Positions 46,146 to 50,692 of a DNA stretch of 50,692 nucleotides are shown here, in pieces. Under the pieces are notes generated by a model. It had not been told where the DNA came from. It was given only the letters and a program-made list of their open reading frames with translations, and searched no databases. Location of the stretch: positions 1-50,692 of the forward strand of contig JBEIHR010000003.1 of NCBI GenBank assembly GCA_040381195.1, in the 5' to 3' direction. How positions within the stretch are numbered: position 1 is the first letter of the stretch; each line of letters begins with the position of its first letter. The position numbers were made by a program, and so were the translations under genes. The stretch comes from Rubricoccaceae bacterium (lineage in GTDB: Bacteria > Actinomycetota > Actinomycetes > S36-B12).

Positions 46146-47725
46146 TGGGTGAACTCGCCACCCTCGTGATCCAGGCGGCGGATGTGTGGGGTGACGAGGA
46201 TGATTCCCTCGGGCACGATCGTCGATTGCTCGAGGAAGCAGTGCACTATCGAGCCACCAAGCAACTCATGATCCTGCTTCCCACCCACGCGCGCTGCGAA
46301 CGCGCCGTCGAATTCACCGCGGGGCACACAGCCCGATCGCCGCAGATACGGGAGCTCGCGGGAGACGCTGACGGTCTCGCGTCCGCGGTCGATCTTCACA
46401 CCATGGGCGAGATCGTGGTCGTCTGCCGTGGTGCGCGGGCAACTCAGATCCGGAGTCTCGACAGACAGATCAGACAGGCGGGCTTCCAGCGCTGTGGACG
46501 TGCCTGGGGTGCAGCAGGTGACACGCGCCGCTATGTCCGGCCCGACTCCCTGAACGTTCGGCTCGCGGCTGTTGCCCAGGAGACACGTGTCCACGCGGGT
46601 GCAGTAGTCGTACGGGTCCGCGACGGATGGGCCCAGCCGCTGCGCCGCGCTTTTGGCAACGGCCGCGCCGCCCTCGGCTGGGGGGTGCACAAGCGTGATG
46701 TTCTCGACGAGGACTGGGGAGCCCCGCATGAGGATCGCATGCGCTGGGACGTGCGTGATGTCCTTCCACCCGGGGCCGGAACCACCCTCCCCACATGGAC
46801 GATCAACGTCGATGCGCCCGATGCCCCGGGCAGGCGTGCGCGAGCGTGCTTCGAGGAGCACGGTGTCTGGCCCATCTCGTTTAGCTACCCGAGGGAACCA
46901 CTACCCCTTGCTCCGCACCCCGCTCACCTCATCGCACCGATCATCCCCGGGCTGCCCTACTCCTTCGCGGACGAGCGCACCTATCTCGATACCTATGCCG
47001 GAGCGTTTCTCGGAGTCACCCATCGGAAAGCTGGATGGGATTGCTTTCGACATCTCGAGATCCTTGCCTCCGGCGCGGTGCCACTCATGCTCGACGCAGA
47101 AGCGATCCCCAGGTATGCGATGGTCCACTACCCGACCGACGCCCTGCGCGCTGTCAGGGACTCCGTGTCGAGAACGGGGGGTGCTCCGAGCGACACGGTG
47201 CGCGAGGCCTTCCGTGCCTGGTTGAGTCACCATCTGACGAGTCGTGTCCTCGCGCGCTACATCCTCGAATCCGCGGGACTCGATGACGACGCGCGAGTTC
47301 TGTTTGTGGACGAGCGCCTTCCCGTGATGCCCGATTACCAGAGCGTGCTGACCCTGATCGGACTCCAGCAACTTCTCGGGACCCGTTGCAATGTCGCCTT
47401 CCCCGTGGATTACATCTACGAGGACACTCGCGTGGACACGGCACAGCTGTACGGACGTGGTTTCGGCTACTCACGCGCCCTGCCGGCAGAGTTTCGCTCC
47501 ACCTCTGTCTCCGCCACGGACCAGTACGACGCCATCATCATCGGGAGTGTTACCCGGAATATGGCGCTGGCAAGGAAGCTGCTGCGTGAGGCTCCCTCCC
47601 GCGCGCATATCTGGATCCACGGTGAGGACACGCCCCCGACGCCGGGCGAGGTGGCCGAGCTCCGAAACTCGGGGGCGCACCTCTTTGTCCGCGCCATCCA
47701 TACCGGACCGCGCGGGAGGGGGTGA
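46145..47725 (+). CDS. Putative glycosyltransferase with unrecognised N-terminal domain
   Basis: TGATG coupling; RKAGWDCFRHLEILASGAVP, PDYQ, LYGRGFGY and IHGED suggest a GT-B/exostosin-like domain. Confidence 0.55.
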   Translation: MGELATLVIQAADVWGDEDDSLGHDRRLLEEAVHYRATKQLMILLPTHARCERAVEFTAGHTARSPQIRELAGDADGLASAVDLHTMGEIVVVCRGARATQIRSLDRQIRQAGFQRCGRAWGAAGDTRRYVRPDSLNVRLAAVAQETRVHAGAVVVRVRDGWAQPLRRAFGNGRAALGWGVHKRDVLDEDWGAPHEDRMRWDVRDVLPPGAGTTLPTWTINVDAPDAPGRRARACFEEHGVWPISFSYPREPLPLAPHPAHLIAPIIPGLPYSFADERTYLDTYAGAFLGVTHRKAGWDCFRHLEILASGAVPLMLDAEAIPRYAMVHYPTDALRAVRDSVSRTGGAPSDTVREAFRAWLSHHLTSRVLARYILESAGLDDDARVLFVDERLPVMPDYQSVLTLIGLQQLLGTRCNVAFPVDYIYEDTRVDTAQLYGRGFGYSRALPAEFRSTSVSATDQYDAIIIGSVTRNMALARKLLREAPSRAHIWIHGEDTPPTPGEVAELRNSGAHLFVRAIHTGPRGRG

Positions 47726-48402
47726 CGATGCTGTTTCTCACCATTCCCACGGCGGGAGATCGCACTCAGTTGCTGACTGACCTGATCGAGGGAAGCGGAC
47801 TTCCCCGTGACCAGGTCATCGTGGTTGCCACCCGTCCAGGTGTCGTGGTTCCTGGCGGCGTCACCATCGTGGAGGATCTGGCCCCTCCGAACATCCAGCG
47901 CTGGTGGACCCGTGGAATTGACGAAGCTGTCCGGCGTGGCGCGACGGTCGTGGCGGTCAGCAACGACGACGTTCGGTTGTCGCAGGACACCCTGGCCGGG
48001 CTCGCAGAGGCCCTGCGCAGCACGGGGGCCGCGATCGCCAGCCCTGCGCGGCCCGAGTTCCCCCTCGGTCTGCACCGCGGCCGGCTCGTCCCCTACGCGC
48101 CCAGGCTCTGGGGGAGCCTGTGGGCCCTCCGCGTGGACTCGGGACTGCGACCGGACCCCCGCTACGTCTGGTGGTACGGGGATAACGATCTCGATATCCG
48201 TGCTCGCCGGGATCATGGGGGCGTGGTTCTCGTCGACGTCCCCTACGAGCACATTCACCCCAGCGTGAGCACATCGCAGAATCCACACCTTGCTGAGCAG
48301 ACGGATCGCGATGCGCAAACCTTCGAGGAGCAGTACGCCTCGCTCCTCCGCTCTTCACGCAGGCGAAATCGTTGGCGTGCGAGATGGGGTATTGGCGGAT
48401 GA
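47722..48402 (+). CDS. Short divergent GT2-like protein
   Basis: TIPTAG, NIQRWWTRGI, VSNDDV, WWYGDNDL; GTGA coupling. Confidence 0.6.
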   Translation: MTMLFLTIPTAGDRTQLLTDLIEGSGLPRDQVIVVATRPGVVVPGGVTIVEDLAPPNIQRWWTRGIDEAVRRGATVVAVSNDDVRLSQDTLAGLAEALRSTGAAIASPARPEFPLGLHRGRLVPYAPRLWGSLWALRVDSGLRPDPRYVWWYGDNDLDIRARRDHGGVVLVDVPYEHIHPSVSTSQNPHLAEQTDRDAQTFEEQYASLLRSSRRRNRWRARWGIGG

Positions 48403-49229
48403 TGCCTTCCGATGTCTCGGCGGTGGTCTGCACCAAGAACTCGACCAGCGGGATTGAGCGCTGCCTCACGAGCCTTCGTCAGGCGGGGGTGGGACGAATC
48501 GTCGTTGTCGACGCGGATTCCACGGATGGAACCCGCGAGGTGGCCACGCGTCTAGCCGACACCGTGGTCACCGACCCGGGCACGGGGCTCGGCAACGCCC
48601 GCAACACCGGTATTGCGCTCACCACGACCGCGTTGATCCTGAACATGGGTTCGGACAATGTGATGCCACCCGGCCAACTCGAGCGCATGATCGGAACGTT
48701 GAGTGATGGTGGATTCCAGGGGGTGAGCGCTCGCACGGTGATCGAGGGCGAGGACTATGCCGCCCGTGGGCTCAACGCCTGGCGCACTGGTCGGTTCCGC
48801 CCCGGGCCGTCCGCGATCATCGGCACACCCACTCTGTTTGATGGACCGACTCTGCGGTCACACCCGTACGACCCGACTCGGGTGTTCTCCGACGATTCGG
48901 AGTTGTGCGAGCGCTGGACGAGGGAGTTCGGTGCACGGTTCGCGATCTCCGACGCCTACGTCGTCGAAGTCGGGAAAACCTCGTGGGACGAGGTTCGTAT
49001 TCGTTGTCGGATGTACGGGATTTCCGACGAGGAGGTCATGCGCATTGGGCGCAGCAGCGGCTGGACCCTTGCGCGTCAGGCGCACAGCCTGACACATCCT
49101 CTCCGAGCTGATTTCATGACTCCGCTCCGGCACCTTCCCACCAGCGAGGCAGTGGTCAGCGCGCCATTCCTCGCGGGATTCACGGCGCTGCGTTACTTCT
49201 ATTGGATTCGCACCGCGATCCAGCGGTAG
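48399..49229 (+). CDS. GT2 family glycosyltransferase
   Basis: VVCTKN, VVDADSTDGT, GLGNARNTG, SDDSELC; ATGA coupling. Confidence 0.85.
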   Translation: MMPSDVSAVVCTKNSTSGIERCLTSLRQAGVGRIVVVDADSTDGTREVATRLADTVVTDPGTGLGNARNTGIALTTTALILNMGSDNVMPPGQLERMIGTLSDGGFQGVSARTVIEGEDYAARGLNAWRTGRFRPGPSAIIGTPTLFDGPTLRSHPYDPTRVFSDDSELCERWTREFGARFAISDAYVVEVGKTSWDEVRIRCRMYGISDEEVMRIGRSSGWTLARQAHSLTHPLRADFMTPLRHLPTSEAVVSAPFLAGFTALRYFYWIRTAIQR

Positions 49230-49243
49230 GAACTCTCGAAGAA

Positions 49244-50230
49244 CTACAGACCGAGTTCAGGAATCAACCGCCGCAATTGCTCCACGGTGAGCCACTGGTC
49301 GTTGTTCGCGGAGTTGTAGGAGAAGCCCTCGGGCACGGGGTCACCCTTCGCCTCGGTGAACCCGCCCCAGACTGCAAGGGTGGGCTGCACCACATACCGG
49401 TGCTGCTGCTGCACGGTCCGCCGTGAGTCCTCTGAGGAGATCATCTCCTCATGCAACTTCTCACCGGGTCGGATCCCAACCACGGTGGTGGAAGCACCGG
49501 GGGCGATTGCCTCGGCAAGGTCGGTGATGCGCATGCTGGGGATCCGAGGCACGAATAGTTCACCGCCGGACATCGTGGAGAAGGTATCCACCACGAAATC
49601 CACAGCCTGTGGCAATGTGATGAAGAAGCGGGTCATGCGCGGATCCGTGATCGGGAGCGGCTCGCCCTGTTCGGCGAGGGCCCGGAAGTACGGGATCACC
49701 GAACCGCGGCTTCCCATCACGTTGCCGTAGCGCACCACGCTGAAGCGTGTTCCCCCGGACGCCGCGTAGTGATTACTGGAGATAAACAATTTGTCCGCGG
49801 TGAGTTTCGTCGCCCCGTACAGGTTGACCGGCGAGGATGCCTTGTCTGTGGATAGAGCAACGACCTTCCGGACTCCCGCCTCGAGCGAGGCTTGGATGAC
49901 GTTCTCCGAACCCAGGACGTTCGTCTTGACGAACTCCATCGGGTTGTACTCAGCGGTGTCCACCTGCTTGAGCGCCGCGGAGTGCACCACGTAGTCAACC
50001 CCGCGCAGTGCCATGGCAAGCCGGTCACGATCACGGATATCGCCGAGGAAGAACCGCACCCGGGGGTCATCTTCGTGGGCTTGGCGCATCTCCCACTGCT
50101 TCAGTTCGTCCCGAGAAAAGATCACGACACGCGCTGGATCATGCGACTCGAGCACTCGAGACAGGAAAGCGCGACCGAAGGATCCGGTTCCTCCCGTCAC
50201 CAGGATCGATGCACCTGCGAGTGTGCTCAC
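49244..50230 (-). CDS. pseB: UDP-N-acetylglucosamine 4,6-dehydratase (inverting)
   Basis: TGGTGSFG, SRDELKQ, AALKQVDTAEYNP, STDKASSPVNLYGATK, RYGNVMGSRGSV, GIRPGEKLHE, FSYNS. Confidence 0.93.
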   Translation of the reverse strand: MSTLAGASILVTGGTGSFGRAFLSRVLESHDPARVVIFSRDELKQWEMRQAHEDDPRVRFFLGDIRDRDRLAMALRGVDYVVHSAALKQVDTAEYNPMEFVKTNVLGSENVIQASLEAGVRKVVALSTDKASSPVNLYGATKLTADKLFISSNHYAASGGTRFSVVRYGNVMGSRGSVIPYFRALAEQGEPLPITDPRMTRFFITLPQAVDFVVDTFSTMSGGELFVPRIPSMRITDLAEAIAPGASTTVVGIRPGEKLHEEMISSEDSRRTVQQQHRYVVQPTLAVWGGFTEAKGDPVPEGFSYNSANNDQWLTVEQLRRLIPELGL

Positions 50231-50312
50231 GTACCCTCGATTCATCGTCCGCGGGAGCAGACGCAGTCTAGCGCGGCATGGGTGCTGGACCGAACCAGCG
50301 AGTAATCCCCGC

Positions 50313-50318
50313 TACTCT
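50313..50318 (+). promoter_or_regulatory. Putative -10 element TACTCT, leaderless start at 50326
   Basis: TANNNT 7 nt before GTG. Confidence 0.5.
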
Positions 50319-50325
50319 CATGCGG

Positions 50326-50692
50326 GTGAGCACCACTCATCCGCGCGTTTCGACGGTCGTCGGCAACGTCGTCTTCTTCGACTGGTGGGTGCGTCTTCAG
50401 GAGCGCGCGGAGCGAGCGTCGACGAGAGCACGCGCGTGGTTGCTTGGCATCTGCATCACACTCGGTGTTGCAGCCCGTCTGTGGGCGCAGACGCTTCCGG
50501 GGAACTGGGATTTCGGCCAATGGACGAATGTCTCCACCACTGTTTTGGCGGGTGGGGACCCCTATACCGAGTTCGGATACAACTACCCACCGCCGTGGCT
50601 GTTCACGCTTGTGGGATTCCAGGCCGTCACGGACACGCCCATCTCATTCCGGCTTCTCATCTCACTGCTCCTCATCGCTGCGGATATCGGGA
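50326..50692 (+). CDS. GT87/DUF2029-like membrane glycosyltransferase, 3'-truncated (absent from the ORF track)
   Basis: Manual translation: VSTTHPRV...WLLGICITLGVAARLWAQTLPGNWDFGQW...GGDPYTEFGYNYPPPW...FRLLISLLLIAADIG; open to the window end. Confidence 0.7.
   Translation, partial: MSTTHPRVSTVVGNVVFFDWWVRLQERAERASTRARAWLLGICITLGVAARLWAQTLPGNWDFGQWTNVSTTVLAGGDPYTEFGYNYPPPWLFTLVGFQAVTDTPISFRLLISLLLIAADIG

Noticed and set aside
1-50692. CRISPR arrays, tRNA/rRNA, IS elements, JUMPstart/ops, phase-variable homopolymer tracts
   Set aside because: Intergenic spaces are tiny and none was seen; the longest G runs (about 7 nt, e.g. near 18863) are in frame and unremarkable at this GC

Overview
A gene-dense, high-GC window, probably from an actinobacterium (inferred from composition, GTG starts and TANNNT promoters sitting just before start codons). 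It is occupied end to end by a cell-surface glycan locus of about 42 CDSs, two of them truncated at the window edges. Nucleotide-sugar genes: rfbA/rmlA, gmd plus a divergent gmd paralog, UDP-glucuronate decarboxylase, pseB and an SpsF/PseF-like cytidylyltransferase. Export: a Wzm/Wzt pair and a separate PglK/MsbA-like ABC flippase. There are about 20 soluble GT2/GT4/other glycosyltransferases, several polytopic GT-C-like membrane proteins, FkbM and TylF methyltransferases, a DUF4910 protein and two tandem secreted Ig-like paralogs. Highlights: (1) a 1222-aa methyltransferase/helical linker/GT4/GT4 protein resembling a WbdD+WbdA terminator-polymerase fusion; (2) a possible protein-glycosylation system of STT3-like GT-C proteins, a flippase and Ser/Thr-rich secreted Ig-like proteins; (3) a candidate modified-pseudaminic-acid module; (4) 13 apparent leaderless starts, including two 19-bp bidirectional promoters with identical geometry. 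No RNA genes, CRISPR arrays or mobile elements were recognised. All family assignments come from motifs read by eye, not database searches.
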